From: Pristiophorus japonicus
Taxonomy: Eukaryota
Direction: 5' to 3'
DNA length: 64,000 nucleotides
NCBI RefSeq assembly: GCF_044704955.1
Contig: NC_091998.1
Location: 9,672,001-9,736,000, forward strand
Position 1 is the first letter of the stretch. Each line of letters begins with the position of its first letter. Positions 1 through 12,650 of this stretch are shown here, in pieces. The notes under the pieces were generated by a model, which saw only the letters and a list, made by a program, of their open reading frames with translations, had not been told where the DNA came from and made no database searches. Both the position numbers and the translations under genes were made by a program.

Positions 1-436
1 GTAGCCGGTTTGTCCCCATCCAGGTCGTTGGCTATAAAGAAGTGTTCCAATCTTTCCACAAAAGCATCCCAATCTTCCCCCTCTGTAAATTGCTGAAAGT
101 TGCTTAGGTTAGACATGTTGAGCATGTAGTTCACGATCCCGTATTCCCATCGCCAGTTGTGGTGTATGTAGGCACCTTTAGTAATGACTCCACGAGGCAG
201 GGTATGGTACTTAAACTGTGCAGACCTGCAGTCCTTTATTAGCAGCTCCTGAGTGCAGACAACAAGCTGTGTGTTCCTTTTTATACTGGGTTACCTGCCG
301 TGTGCAGGCAACCCCTGGGTCTCCAGCAACAGCAGCCTCTAGTGTACCGGTAAGATGTGTACAGTACAAGGGTACATTCAATGTTGCATAACAGTGTTAC
401 AGACATCTCACAGTGAACAGGCATGCCTACACAACA
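1..436 (-). mobile_element. Gypsy-type LTR retrotransposon 5' end (LTR 158-436, PBS ~147-155, gag start ATG at 116), truncated by window edge
   Basis: Minus strand from 116 reads MSNLSNFQQFTEGEDWDAFVERLEHFFIANDL, homologous to the gag N-terminus at 15908. PBS TGGCGATGG. LTR has TGT...ACA ends. Confidence 0.8.
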
Positions 437-621
437 GACTCAATAAAACCGCAGCCAGTTGGGTTCAGGGGATCCACGATGAGGCAGGTGGTTGTGAGCC
501 CGATGGATGAACTGGTGTGTAGGGTGATTGTTAAACCTTTGCTAATAAACCAACTAGTTCTTAGTAGCAATGTGTTGCTATGAATTCTTCAGCAAAGATC
601 CCATGAAACAAATACATTACA

Positions 622-850
622 GACCCTAAACTCTGGAATTCCCTGCTTAACCCCCCCCTCCCCCACACCCCTCTCTCCTCCTTTAAAACGCTCCTTAAAA
701 CCTACCTCTTTGACTAAATTTGTGGTCACCTGTCCTAATATCTCATTATGTGGCTCGGTGTCAAATTTTGTTTGATAATCGCTCCTGTGAAGCGCCTTAG
801 GACATTTTACTACGTTAAAGGTGCTATATAAATGCAAGTTATGGTTGTTG
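622..850 (+). mobile_element. L2-type LINE 3' fragment
   Basis: CTCTGGAATTCCCT...AAAACCTACCTCTTTGAC...GGTGCTATATAAATGCAAGT tail; similar pieces at ~29460-29770(-) and ~57180-57560(-). Confidence 0.55.
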
Positions 851-1218
851 TTAAAGCCCCACTTATTGCATTGTAGCTAAAGGCAGGATCAATAAACAAC
901 AGATGACATCCTCCTGTGCTTCAGGGCTGTGCTGAACATTTAAACCCAGTTGAAGGTGGTCAGTTTACTCCGTACAGCAGAAACCATAGAAAGGTCAAAT
1001 TCTTCCTGCTATTTACGCCAAATTTCCTACAAAAGCACCGACAGGGGATTCTCCCTTTTTATTGTGCTGACCCTCACGCTGTCCCATTCAGGGTTATAAA
1101 ATTAACTAAAATAGGCACAATCTGGGCAAATTAAGACGGAGATAGACATATTTTTTGAGCGGTAAGGGAGTCAAGGGTTATGGGGAGCGGGCAGGGAAGT
1201 GGAGTTGAGGCCAAGATC

Positions 1219-2147
1219 ATAAGAACATAAGAAATAGGAACAGAAGTTGGCCATTCGGTGCCTCGAGCCTGCTCTGCCATTCAATAAGATCATGGCTGAT
1301 TGGATCATGGACTCAGCTCTACTTCCCCGCCCGCTCCCCATAACCCCTTATCCCCTTATCGTTTAAGAAACTGTCTATCTCTGTCTTAAATTTATTCAAT
1401 GTCCCAGCTTCCACAGCTCTCTGAGGCAGCGAATTCCACTGATTTACAAACCTCTGAGAGAAGAAATTTCTCCTCATCTCAGTTTTAAATGGGCGGCCCC
1501 TTATTCTAAGATCGTGCCCTCTATTCTCGTCTCCCCCGTCAGTGAAAACATCCTCTCTGCATCCACCTTGTCAAGCCCCCTCATAATCTTATACGTTTCG
1601 ATAAGATCATTCTTCTGAATTTCAATGAGTAGAGGCCCAACCTACTCAACCTTTCCTCATAAGTCAACCCCCTCATCCCCGGAATTAAACTAGTGAGCCT
1701 TCTCTGAACTGCCTCCACTGCAAGTATATTCTTTCGTAAATATGGAAACCAAAACTGCACGCAGTACTCCAGGTGTGGCCTCACCAATACCCTGTACAAC
1801 TGTAGCAAGACTTCCCTGCTTTTATACTCCATCCCTTTTGCAATAAAGGCTAAGATACCATTGGCCTTCCTGATAACTTGCTGTACCTGCATACTATCCT
1901 TTTGTGTTTCATGCACAAATACCCCCAGGTCCCGCTGTACTGCAGCACTTTGCAATCTTTCTCCATTTAAATAATAACTTGCTCTTTGTTTTTTTCTGCC
2001 AAAGGGCATGACCTCACACTTTCCAACATTATACTCCATCTGCCAAATTTTTACCCACTCACTTAGCCTGTATGTCCTTTTGCAGATTTTTTGTGTCCTC
2101 CTCACACATTGCTTTTCCTCGCATCTTTGTATCGTCAGCAAACTTAG
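1219..2147 (-). mobile_element. CR1 LINE 3' fragment inserted antisense into another CR1 3' end (~1130-1218 and ~2148-2225, +)
   Basis: ORF 1581-2141 encodes the CR1 RT C-terminus (WQMEYNVGKC...RPHLEYCVQFW); (TTCTTATG)n tail. Confidence 0.9.
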
Positions 2148-2774
2148 CTGCCATGATCTTATTGAATGGCGGAGCAGGCTTAAGAGGCTAAATGGCCGAC
2201 TCCTGCTCCTATTTCTTATGTTCTTATCTCTGAATCGAACTGTTTTCTCGCTTGGAGGGCAAGCACAAACACAGACTGGTCAGGACGCATGGCCTAGTTC
2301 TGCATTGTAATTTCTACGTAAGTATGTACACATAGGTTGCTGCTTCCTGTAAACACCACAGTGAATCAGGTCACACAGACCAAAATGAACTCAATTGATG
2401 ATATGTGTTTGCACCATCGCCCACCGCTGTACTATTAACATTCTGGGATCGGGCTACTTCTCTATTAGCAATCAGCAAAGACCTTTGAAAAAAAAGCCCT
2501 CAAACAGCCACAATTTGAGAATCACAGAAGAGAGAATTCATACACAGATCCAATTATCTAAAGCAAATTGAACAGGTCGTGTAACCACCTGAGGGAAGTT
2601 CATGCGGCAAGCCGATTGGGAATAATTCCACTAATCAAACAAACCCATTGTCTGAATGGTGGCCGTCATCACATAATATTCCAATAATTTAAAGAATTCA
2701 GTGACCAAATGGGCCTTTAGCCATTCTGTGCCTTGAAGTCTCTCCTGCCTCTGTGCTCTCCCACTCCCGTTACT

Positions 2775-3147
2775 TGAGCACGTAAATCCAGGCTGACACT
2801 CCCAGTGCAGTGCTGAGGGAGCGCCGCACTGTCGGAGGTGCCGTCTTTCGGATGAGACATTAAATCGAGGCTCCGTCTGCTCTCTCAAGTGGATGTAAAA
2901 AAATCCCACGGCACTATTTCGAGGGAGAGCAGGGGAGTTATCCCCTGGCCAATATTCATCATAACAAAAACAGATTATCTGGTCATTATCACATTGCTGT
3001 TTGTGGGAGCTTGCTGTGCGCAAGTTGGCTGCCGCATTTCACACAGTACAACAGGGACTACACTCCAAAAGTACTTCATTGGCTGTAAAGTGCTTCGAGA
3101 TGTCTGGTGGTCGTGAAAGGCGCTATATAAATGCAAGTCTTTCTTTA
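2775..3147 (+). mobile_element. DeuSINE-type (SacSINE1/AmnSINE1-like) tRNA-derived SINE
   Basis: Core GGATGAGACGTTAAACCGAGG...GATCCC..GGCACTATTTCG and 3' tail GGCGCTATATAAATGCAAG. Further copies at ~3550-3995(-), 4260-4620(+), 5330-5600(-), 14925-15165(-), 25660-26125(-), 33130-33540(+), 34598-34920(+), 40657-41205(+), 53335-53770(-), 61582-61815(-), 63325-63725(-). Confidence 0.75.
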
Positions 3148-6100
3148 AGAAAGAAAGAAAAATGATTGAATGGCCTATTTGGTTTGCTTTGGATAATTGG
3201 ATCTCTGGGTGAATTTTCTCTGTCCCTTACTCTTGTATCAGGCAGCCACTTCTCTTATGTTGTCATTATTAGAATCATACAATGATACAGCACAGGAGAC
3301 CATTTGGTCCATTGTGCCTCTGCTGGCACCCTGATGGTAATTGGTTTGACATTTTTTAAATCAATTTGAAAAAAAATTGACTGCCTGCCCTATCTCGGGG
3401 CCACGACTTGTTTTGTGGAATGAGAGCGATGTTGTCCTTTAGTGTGCACTGAATCTGCCTGTTGGTTTTATGTGTATCACCGCGAATTCAAAGTAATTCA
3501 TTGTAAATTAACTGTTTGCAAAACATTTCATGAGAGGCGTTAAAGAAGGAAAAACTTGCATTTATATAGCGCCTTTCACGACCTCAAACATCGCAAAGCA
3601 CTTTACAGCCAATGAAGTACTTTTGGAGTGCAGTCAGTAATGTGGGAAACACGGCAGCCAATTTGCGCACAGCAAGCTCCCACAAACAGCAACGTGATAA
3701 TGACCCAGATCATTTGTTTTTATCGATGTTGATTGAGTGATAAATATTGGCCAGGACACCGGGGATAACTCCCCTGCTCTTCTTTGAAATAGTGTCTTGG
3801 GATCTTTTATGTCCACCTGAGAGGGTTTAACGTTTAATCTAAAGACGGCACCTCCGACAGTGCGGCACTCCCTCAGCACTGCACTGGGAGCGTCAGCCTA
3901 GATTTTTTGCTCAAGTCTCCGGAGTGGTGACTTGAACCGACAACTTTCTGTCTCAGAGACGAGAGTGCTGCCCACTGATCTGCGGCTGACACTACCACAG
4001 ATCCAAGTGCACATTTGGGCATAGCAAGATCCCACAAGCCACAATGGGATGAATAATCAGAGAATCAGTTTCCAGTGGTGTTGGTAGAGGGAGGAATGTT
4101 GACCAGGGCAGCAGGAGAACTCGCTACCCTTCTTCAACCCATGGGATCTTTAATGACATTCACCGGAACAGACAAACAGGGCCTAGGTTTAGCATCTCAT
4201 TAATGGCGGTAGCCCGATCGTGCAACACTCCTTCGATGACTAGAGCCCAAAATCTAGGCTGGCACTTTAGTGCAGCACTGAGCAAACACAGCACATTCAT
4301 CTTGTCTTTTGGATGAGACGTTAAACCGAGGCCCCGTCTGCCCTCTCGGGTGGACGTAAAAGATCCCAATGGCACTATTTCGAAGAAGAGCAGGAGAGTT
4401 CTCCCCGGTGTCCCGGCCAATATTTATCCCTCAACCATAAACACCAACAAAAAAAAATTATCTGGTCATTATCACATTGCTGTTTGTAGGAGTTTGTGTG
4501 CGCAAGTTGTCTGCCGCGTTTTCCACATGACCACAATGCCTACAATTTAAGGGAAGTACTACATTGGCTGTGGAGTGCACTGGGATGTGCTGAGGTTGTG
4601 AAAGGCGCTATATAAATGCCACGTAATGCTTCCGTTAAGCTGCACGGCTGTGCATCGCTGTGGAGGTCCCCAAGGGTGTGCTTGCCGGCTTTACAATGGG
4701 AATAAACATCCGTGCGCGGGTGTTTGAATGGGCCGCGCAGCCCATTAAAGGGGCAGTGCACGCCCAAAAAAAAACATTCAGTGGGAACACTGAAAGCAAG
4801 CCTTTTTCCCCCCAGTTCTTTCTGGCCCTGGGGCCAGCGTGCTGCCCATTGATCCAAGCCAGGGCACTTTAAATAACCCCGGGCCATTTTGATTCATCTC
4901 GAGTGCGGATCAGGGGATGGGACCCTGGAGGTGAGCCTGTACTGTTCGTGGCAATCCCGATTTTACGCCCAGTAACTCTCCGTAACGACAGCAGGGTCTT
5001 GCGATCTTCACCCTAAGGTCGCGGTTGGTTCTCCATCTAAATTTTAGATTGGCCTTTCGGGGGAAAAGAAAGAAAGAAGGAAAGATTTGCATTTGCATAG
5101 CGCCTTTCACGACCGCCGCATTTGATTTGGATTTGGAATCAATGGGGGAGTAAGGTCCCAGGGTAGCCCATCATGTCAGACAAGCCAGAAGGGAGCCCTG
5201 GCTGAAATCGCTATCTTTTAAAATTTGTTTACTTTTCTTTTATTCAGATGCGAAATGGTGAGTTCCAACACAACTGCTTCTGCTGTCGGGCAGTCCTCGA
5301 GGCAGTGTCCAATCAAACAGTCATGAGCGCCGGACGTCCCAAAATGCTTTACAGCCCATTAAGTACTTTTGGAGTGAAGTTACTGTTCCAATACGGCATG
5401 CAATTTGCACACAGCAAGCTCCCACAAACAGCAGTGTGATAGTGGCCAGATAATCTGTTTTTTTGTTATGTTAGTTGAGGGATAAATATTGGTCCAGGAC
5501 ACCGTCGATAACTCCCCTGCTCTTCTTCGAAATAGTGCCAGTGGGATCTTTTACATCCACCTGAGAGCAGACGGGGCCTCGGTTTAACGTCTCATCTGAA
5601 AGATGGGGGGCGGGGGGGGGGGGGGAGAGGCGGGGAGACTAAGGGGGTTAAATAATCTTTCATCCATTGAAATCTTACAGCCATGTCCACAGCTTCCATT
5701 CCCAAGATTTAAAGAAATATCTAAGCTAGGTAGTAATTGCCAAGATTCCCATTTAAAAGAAATGGCCTTTGTGCCGTTGGAGTGTGCTTATGTCAGTATT
5801 TGGGTCTGTTGGTTTGGTTGGTGCATTTATAGGAGGGGCGGGTAATCTATCAGTGTCTGGTGAGTTGCTGATGAGAGATGGCACAGTTTTGTGTACATAT
5901 TTCACTCAAATTCTTTTGGCATCTATTTTCCCTCAGGGAAGCCGAACTTTGAATTCACATTCTCGAAATGCTGTGTTCATTAGGCAAGCACATTCTCAGC
6001 AGTGCTTGAAGTTTATTACATCCGAATTAAACAAAACCACCTGAAGTTTCGATTGAACCATCTTGCATTCTTTTTGCTAACAAGTGAAGGAAGGGTAAGG

Positions 6101-7615
6101 CACAGACATCCTTTGTTGTCTGTTATTGATTGCTCTGTCACGAGGCTCACTGAACGAGCAAGTTGCTGATCCACAGGTGTGGTTTTACAGCAATGTGGCT
6201 TCCTGGATGGTACAGGTTGGACCTCTGTGGTCCGGCACCCTTGGGGCCTGACCAGTGCCGAAGCAGAGAATTTTTCCGAACCACGGGAGGTTGGTATATG
6301 ACTGTACCGATACACCCTACATAACCATATGCCTAGTCTAGGTGTAGAATTTACCAATATCTCGCAAAGATTCCAGGTACCTTTCCCCTACAGAGGAGAA
6401 GAATCCCTTTCTGGGCTTTTAAAATGAGCTTAAAGGGGCAGATGAAGCCTGCGGGGGATAAAAGGGGATGCATTCATGGAGACCCCCCCCCCCCAAATGT
6501 TTGGACTCATAGGAAAGGGAATTCAAAATGGACCTAAATTACAGAAGCTTGAGATCCCCTAAACATCTATGGGAAGGAGCATATCAATTTTAAGATTCTA
6601 CAACATTTTGGCTGCAAAAAAAAAGAGTTACCAAATACAGGAGGTGGGGCCAAATTCATGTATTAAAGACTCCAGACTGTCTGGGGGAACTATTCACCCT
6701 CTAAGAGATAATCGAATTACCCAATCAAGCACAATGGAAATCATGGTCAAGAAACTGGACAATTCTAAAACAATGCAAAACCAGTGATAGCACATTCTCA
6801 CACCCTAATCGAGTTACTGCTGACAAAGGAGACATTTGAAAATCAGTGGACAGTACAGTTTAAACAGAGCCCAAGAGATTTGATGGGAGATAACGGAGCC
6901 TTTTTTTTGGAATATATCTATCCCCCAGTTTTACAAGGAAAGACCAGCAAGGAGCAGCACGCAGACTGGAACACAGACACAGACACAAGCAGCCGGAGCT
7001 GGGGAGTGAAGAAATGGAGCAGTGAAGGAAACTACTAGAATGCATCAAGAACTGACCGAGCACGAGGCCCACGAAATGGAAGGTTGTCAGCAACCAAATT
7101 GACAACCCGGGCCACCACAACCAGAGAAACGACCAACCAAAACCAACTCAGCAAAAACCGAAGAATCGACATTTATTTCCACTCTACAATCTACTTCGGA
7201 ACGACCAACGGGTGAGAAATTACCAAAAGGGACTAACTAAACTATTCCTAACCAAAGAAAGTGGGTACTTACCCCATACATCCAAAACGCAACTTACCGC
7301 ATCAACGGACGCACCCCAACCGAAGACTACGCAGTCCGAAGTCCTCTCCTCCGACCGGGGTACAGCTCGCCTAGAAGGCCAAGTGCAGCGAACCCCGAAA
7401 CCGCGATTCACCGGCAACTGTCTAAAGGGATTGGTGAGCATCCCCTGAACCCCCCAGAGCTATAACTTCGTTAGTTAGGGGAATTGGGAGGAGGGAGGCT
7501 GGGATAACTTGTGTAAATAGAAACATAGAAACATAGAAAATAGGTGCAGGAGCAGGCCATTCAGCCCTTCTAACCTGCACCGCCATTCAATGAGTTCATG
7601 GCTGAACATGAAACT

Positions 7616-10522
7616 TCAGTACCCCCTTCCTGCTTTCTCGCCATAACCCTTGATCCCCCGAGTAGTAAGGACTTCATCTAACTCCCTTTTGAATATATTT
7701 AGTGAATTGGCCTCAACTATTTTCTGTGGTAGAGAATTCCACAGGTTCACCACTCTCTGGGTGAAGAAGTTTCTCCTCATCTCGGTCCTAAATGGCTTAC
7801 CCCTTATCCTCAGACTGTGACCCCTGGTTCTGGACTTCCCCAACATTGGGAACATTCTTCCTGCATTTAACCTGTCTAAACCCGTCAGAATTTTAAACGT
7901 TTCTATGAGGTCCCCTCTCATTCTTCTGAACTCCAGTGAATACAAGCCCAGTTGATCCAGTCTTTCTTGATAGGTCAGTCCCGCCATCCCGGGAATCAAT
8001 CTGGTGAATCTTCGCTGCACTCCCTCAATAGCAAGAATGTCCTTCCTCAAGTTAGGAGACCAAAACTGTACACAATACTCCAGGTGTGGCCTCACCAAGG
8101 CCCTGTACAACTGTAGCAACACCTCCCTGCCCCTGTATTCAAATCCCCTCGCTATGAAGGCCAACATGCCATTTGCTTTCTTAACCGCCTGCTGTACCTG
8201 CATGCTAACCTTCAATGACTGATGTACCATGACACCCAGGTCTCGTTGTACCTTCCCTTTTCCTAATCTGTCACCATTCAGATAATAGTCTGTCTCTCTG
8301 TTTTTACCACCAAAGTGGATAACCTCACATTTATCCACATTATACTTCATCTGCCATGCATTTGCCCACTCACCTAACCTATCCAAGTCACTCTGCAGCC
8401 TAATAGCATCCTCCTCGCAGCTCACACTGCCACCCAACTTAGTGTCATCCGCAAATTTGGAGATACTGCATTTAATCCCCTCGTCTAAATCATTAATGTA
8501 CAATGTAAACAGCTGGGGCCCCAGCACAGAACCTTGCGGCACCCCACTAGTCACTGCCTGCCATTCTGAAAAGTACCCGTTTACTCCTACTCTTTGCTTC
8601 CTGTCTGACAACCAGTTCTCAATCCACGTCAGCACACTACCCCCAATCCCATGTGCTTTAACTTTGCACATTAATCTCTTGTGTGGGACCTTGTCAAAAG
8701 CCTTCTGAAAGTCCAAATATACCACATCAACTGGTTCTCCTTTGTCCACTTTACTGGAAACATCCTCAAAAAATTCCAGAAGATTTGTCAAGCATGATTT
8801 CCCTTTCACAAATCCATGCTGACTTGGACCTATCATGTCACCATTTTCCAGATGCACTGCTATGACATCCTTAATAATTGATTCCATCATTTTACCCACT
8901 ACTGAGGTCAGGCTGACCGGTCTATAATTCCCTGTTTTCTCTCTCCCTCCTTTTTTAAAAAGTGGGGTTACATTGGCTACCCTCCACTCCATAGGAACTG
9001 ATCCAGAGTCAATGGAATGTTGGAAAATGACTGTCAATGCATCCGCTATTTCCAAGGCCACCTCCTTAAGTACTCTGGGATGCAGTCCATCAGGCCCTGG
9101 GGATTTATCGGCCTTCAATCCCATCAATTTCCCCAACACAATTTCCCGACTAATAAAGATTTCCCTCAGTTCCCCCTCCTTACTAGACCCTCTGACCCCT
9201 TTTATATCCGGAAGGTTGTTTGTATCCTCCTTAGTGAATACCGAACCAAAGTACTTGTTCAATTGGTCTGCCATTTCTTTGTTCCCCGTTATGACTTCCC
9301 CTGATTCTGACTGCAGGGGACCTACGTTTGTCTTTACTAACCTTTTTCTCTTTACATACCTATAGAAACTTTTGCAATCCACCTTAATGTTCCCTGCAAG
9401 CTTCTTCTCGTACTCCTTTTTCCCTGCCCTAATCAAACTCTTTGTCCTCCTCTGCTGAGTTCTAAATTTCTCCCAGTCCCCAGGTTCGCTGCTATTTCTG
9501 GCCAATTTGTATGCCACTTCCTTGGCTTTAATACTATCCCTGATTTCCCTAGATAGCCACGGTTGAGCCACCTTCCCTTTTTTATTTTTACGCCAGACAG
9601 GAATGTACAATTGTTGTAATTCATCCATGCGGTCTCTAAATGTCTGCCATTGCCCATCCACAGTCAACCCCCTAAGTATCATTCGCCAATCTATCCTAGC
9701 CAATTCACGCCTCATACCTTCAAAGTTACTCTTCTTTAAGTTCTGGGCCATGGTCTCTGAATTTACTGTTTCATTCTCCATCCTAATGCAGAATTCCACC
9801 ATATTATGGTCACTCTTCCCCAAGGGGCCTCGCACAATGAGATTGCTAATTAATCCTCTCTCATTACACAACACCCAGTCTAAGATGGCCTCCCCCCTAG
9901 TTGGTTCCTCAACATACTGGTCTAGAAAACCATCCCTTATGCACTCCAGGAAATCCTCCTCCACCGTATTGCTTCCAGTTTGGCTAACCCAATCTATGTG
10001 CATATTAAAGTCACCCATTATAACTGCTACACCTTTATTGCATGCACCCCTAATTTCCTGTTTGATGCCCTCCCCAACATCCCTATTACTGTTTGGAGGT
10101 CTGTATACAACTCCTACTAACGTTTTTTGCCCTTTGGTGTTCTGCAGCTCTACCCATATAGATTCCACATCATCCAAGCTAATGTCTTTCCTAACTATTG
10201 CATTAATCTCCTCTTTAACCAACAATGCTACCCCACCTCCTTTTCCCTTTACTCTATCCTTCCTGAATGTCGAATACCCCTGAATGTTGAGTTCCCAGCC
10301 CTGATCATCCTGGAGCCACGTCTCCGTAATCCCAATCACATCATATTTATTAACATCTATTTGCACAGTTAATTCATCCACCTTATTGCGGATACTCCTT
10401 GCATTAAGATACAAAGCCTTCAGGCTTGTTTTTTTAACACCCTTTGTTCTTTTAGAATTTTGCTGTACAGTGGCCCTTTTTGTTCTTTGCCTTGGGTTTC
10501 TCCACCCTCCACTTTTCCTCAT
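7616..10522 (-). CDS. CR1 ORF2: APE endonuclease plus reverse transcriptase (968 aa, uninterrupted)
   Basis: YLNARS, ITETW, GDFN and SDH endonuclease motifs; YLDFQKAFD, GVPQGSVLGP and FADD RT motifs. Confidence 0.95.
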   Translation of the reverse strand: MRKSGGWRNPRQRTKRATVQQNSKRTKGVKKTSLKALYLNARSIRNKVDELTVQIDVNKYDVIGITETWLQDDQGWELNIQGYSTFRKDRVKGKGGGVALLVKEEINAIVRKDISLDDVESIWVELQNTKGQKTLVGVVYRPPNSNRDVGEGIKQEIRGACNKGVAVIMGDFNMHIDWVSQTGSNTVEEDFLECIRDGFLDQYVEEPTRGEAILDWVLCNERGLISNLIVRGPLGKSDHNMVEFCIRMENETVNSETMAQNLKKSNFEGMRRELARIDWRMILRGLTVDGQWQTFRDRMDELQQLYIPVWRKNKKGKVAQPWLSREIRDSIKAKEVAYKLARNSSEPGDWEKFRTQQRRTKSLIRAGKKEYEKKLAGNIKVDCKSFYRYVKRKRLVKTNVGPLQSESGEVITGNKEMADQLNKYFGSVFTKEDTNNLPDIKGVRGSSKEGELREIFISREIVLGKLMGLKADKSPGPDGLHPRVLKEVALEIADALTVIFQHSIDSGSVPMEWRVANVTPLFKKGGREKTGNYRPVSLTSVVGKMMESIIKDVIAVHLENGDMIGPSQHGFVKGKSCLTNLLEFFEDVSSKVDKGEPVDVVYLDFQKAFDKVPHKRLMCKVKAHGIGGSVLTWIENWLSDRKQRVGVNGYFSEWQAVTSGVPQGSVLGPQLFTLYINDLDEGIKCSISKFADDTKLGGSVSCEEDAIRLQSDLDRLGEWANAWQMKYNVDKCEVIHFGGKNRETDYYLNGDRLGKGKVQRDLGVMVHQSLKVSMQVQQAVKKANGMLAFIARGFEYRGREVLLQLYRALVRPHLEYCVQFWSPNLRKDILAIEGVQRRFTRLIPGMAGLTYQERLDQLGLYSLEFRRMRGDLIETFKILTGLDRLNAGRMFPMLGKSRTRGHSLRIRGKPFRTEMRRNFFTQRVVNLWNSLPQKIVEANSLNIFKRELDEVLTTRGIKGYGEKAGRGY

Positions 10523-10599
10523 CTCCTTTCTGTCTTTTGCTTTTGCCTCCTTTTTGTTTCCCTCTGTCTCCCTGCATTGGTTCCCATCCCCCTGCCATA

Positions 10600-11463
10600 T
10601 TAGTTTAAATCCTCCCCAACAGCACTAGCAAACACTCCCCCTAGGACATTGGTTCCGGTCCTGCCCAGGTGCAGACCGTCCGGTTTGTACTGGTCCCACC
10701 TCCCCCAGAACCGGTCCCAATGCCCCAGGAATTTGAATCCCTCATTGCTGCACCACTGCTCAAGCCACGTATTCATCTGCGCTATCCTGCGATTCCTACT
10801 CTGACTATCACGTGGCACTGGTAGCAATCCCGAGATTACTACTTTTGAGGTCCTACTTTTTAATTTAGCTCCTAGCTCCTTAAATTCGTTTCGTAGGACC
10901 TCACCCCTTTTTTTACCTATGTCGTTGGTACCAATGTGCACCACGACAACTGGCTGTTCTCCCTCCCATTTCAGAATGTCCTGCACCCGCTCCGAGACAT
11001 CCTTGACCCTTGCACCAGGGAGGCAACATACCATCCTGGAGTCTCGGTCGCGGCCGCAGAAACGCCTATCTATTCCCCTCACCATTGAATCCCCTATCAC
11101 TATTGCTCTCCCACTCTTTTTCCTGCCCTCTTGTGCAACAGAGCCAGCCACGGTGCCATGAACTTGGCTGCTGCTGCCCTCCCCTGATGAGTCATCCCCC
11201 TCAACAGTACTCAAAGCAGTGTATCTGTTTTGCAGGGGGATGACCACAGGGGACCCCTGCACTACCTTTCTTGCACTACTCTTCCTGCTGGTCTTCCATT
11301 CCCTATCTGGCTGTGGACCCTTTCCCTGCGGTAAGACCAACTCGTTACACGTGATACTCACATCATTCTCAGCATCGTGGATGCTCCAGAGTGAATCCAC
11401 CCTCAGCTCCAACTCCGCAACGTGGACAGTCAGGAGCTGGAGGTGGATACACTTCCTGCACAC
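10600..11463 (-). CDS. CR1 ORF1 (partial): zinc-finger remnant, coiled coil and SGNH/GDSL esterase
   Basis: CRKC followed by a heptad stretch; GDSM, HIGTND and DGLH SGNH blocks. Confidence 0.9.
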   Translation of the reverse strand: MCRKCIHLQLLTVHVAELELRVDSLWSIHDAENDVSITCNELVLPQGKGPQPDREWKTSRKSSARKVVQGSPVVIPLQNRYTALSTVEGDDSSGEGSSSQVHGTVAGSVAQEGRKKSGRAIVIGDSMVRGIDRRFCGRDRDSRMVCCLPGARVKDVSERVQDILKWEGEQPVVVVHIGTNDIGKKRGEVLRNEFKELGAKLKSRTSKVVISGLLPVPRDSQSRNRRIAQMNTWLEQWCSNEGFKFLGHWDRFWGRWDQYKPDGLHLGRTGTNVLGGVFASAVGEDLN

Positions 11464-12099
11464 GTAGTCGTCAGGGACTGCATTGTATCTGCATTCGCCT
11501 TTTTACCCCATTTAGAGTTTAAGCTGTATTCTTTTCCCCACAGACTGTAATTGGACAATTTATTCAATGTGTTGTACCCCTCAGTGTGTATTGGTCTGTG
11601 TGTGTTATTAAAGGTGTGCCTTTTACTTCTTTGTAAACACAATAAAGCAATACCTGCTTCCTACCTTGAAACCGATTGTCTGTCCAAGTCTGTCACAGTC
11701 CCTTCATAATTCCAGTGTCTAGAACCAAGGGTGTGGGAGCGATTCGGAACCGCTCATATATGGTCAGAAGGGAAAGCTGACCCCCTGCAAACCACCCCTT
11801 ACATAGGTTACTGGAACCTGTAGAGTGCTGCTCACCGCTCTCCTGGGCTATCTTCTTGTGCTAAAAAATACCACAGGCTACTGAGAGCCAGGACTGCCGA
11901 CCAGACGTAAACAAACTTGGCGGGAAACTGATATGCGGCAGCTCCGCAAACTAATGCCGAACCACGGATGTTTCCGGACTAGAAAGTCCCGGACCAGAGA
12001 GATTCAACCTGTATTGCTAAACACCCTCTGCCATGATGGGCCAACAGACACGACAACAAAATCCATCGTTAAACCATTAGCTTTAATACTGCTGCATAG

Positions 12100-12650
12100 A
12101 TAGGCCACAGCTAGAGTACTGCGTGCAGTTCTGGTCACCACATTACAGGAAAGATGTGATTGCACTAGAGAGGGTACAGAGGAGGTTTCCGAGGATGTTG
12201 CCGGGACTGGAGAATTTTAGCTATGAGGAAGGATTGGATAGGTTGGGGTTGTTTTCTTTGGAACAGAGGAGGCTGAGGGGAGACCTTATTGAGGTGTGTA
12301 AAATTATGAGGGACCTAGATAGAGTGGATAGAAAGGGCCTATTTCCCTCAGCAGAGGGGTCAACAACCAGTTGCCATAGATTTAAAGTAATTGGTAGAAG
12401 GTTTAGAGGGGATTTGAGGGGAAATGTTTTCACCCAGAGGGTGGTGGGAGTCTGGAACTCACTGCCTGAAAGGGTGGTAGAGGCAGAAACCCTCACCACA
12501 TTTAAAAAGTATCTGGATGTGCACTCGAAGTGCCATAACCTACAGGGCTACGGACCCAGAGTGGGAAAGTGGGATTAGGCTGGGTCGGCTGGCGCGGACA
12601 CGATGGGCCGAAATGGCCCCCTTCCGTGCCATAAATTTCTATGATTTTTC
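12100..12650 (+). mobile_element. Older CR1 subfamily 3' fragment
   Basis: ORF 12123-12578 QFWSPHYRKD...WNSLP. Similar copies at ~22466-23110(-), 28870-29130(-), 35095-35900(-). Confidence 0.85.

Larger units (their letters stand above)
7518..11478 (-). mobile_element. Near full-length young CR1 LINE, 5'-truncated within ORF1
   Basis: ORF1 and ORF2 in tandem; (TTTCTATG)n 3' tail. Confidence 0.95.
6343..11803 (+). mobile_element. ~1.5-kb solo LTR (6343-7517 plus 11479-11803) interrupted by CR1
   Basis: TGTA...TACA termini, 4-bp TSD TAGG (6339-6342 and 11804-11807), AATAAA at 11641. Confidence 0.7.
6213..12011. mobile_element. Tc1/mariner(pogo)-type MITE split by nested insertions
   Basis: TA|CAGGTTGGACCTCTGTGGTCCGG at 6213 and the inverted CCGGACCAGAGAGATTCAACCTG|TA ending 12011; same family as 27384-28030. 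Confidence 0.8.

Noticed and set aside
8004-10628. Plus-strand ORFs repeated in each CR1 copy
   Set aside because: Antisense shadows of CR1 ORF2.
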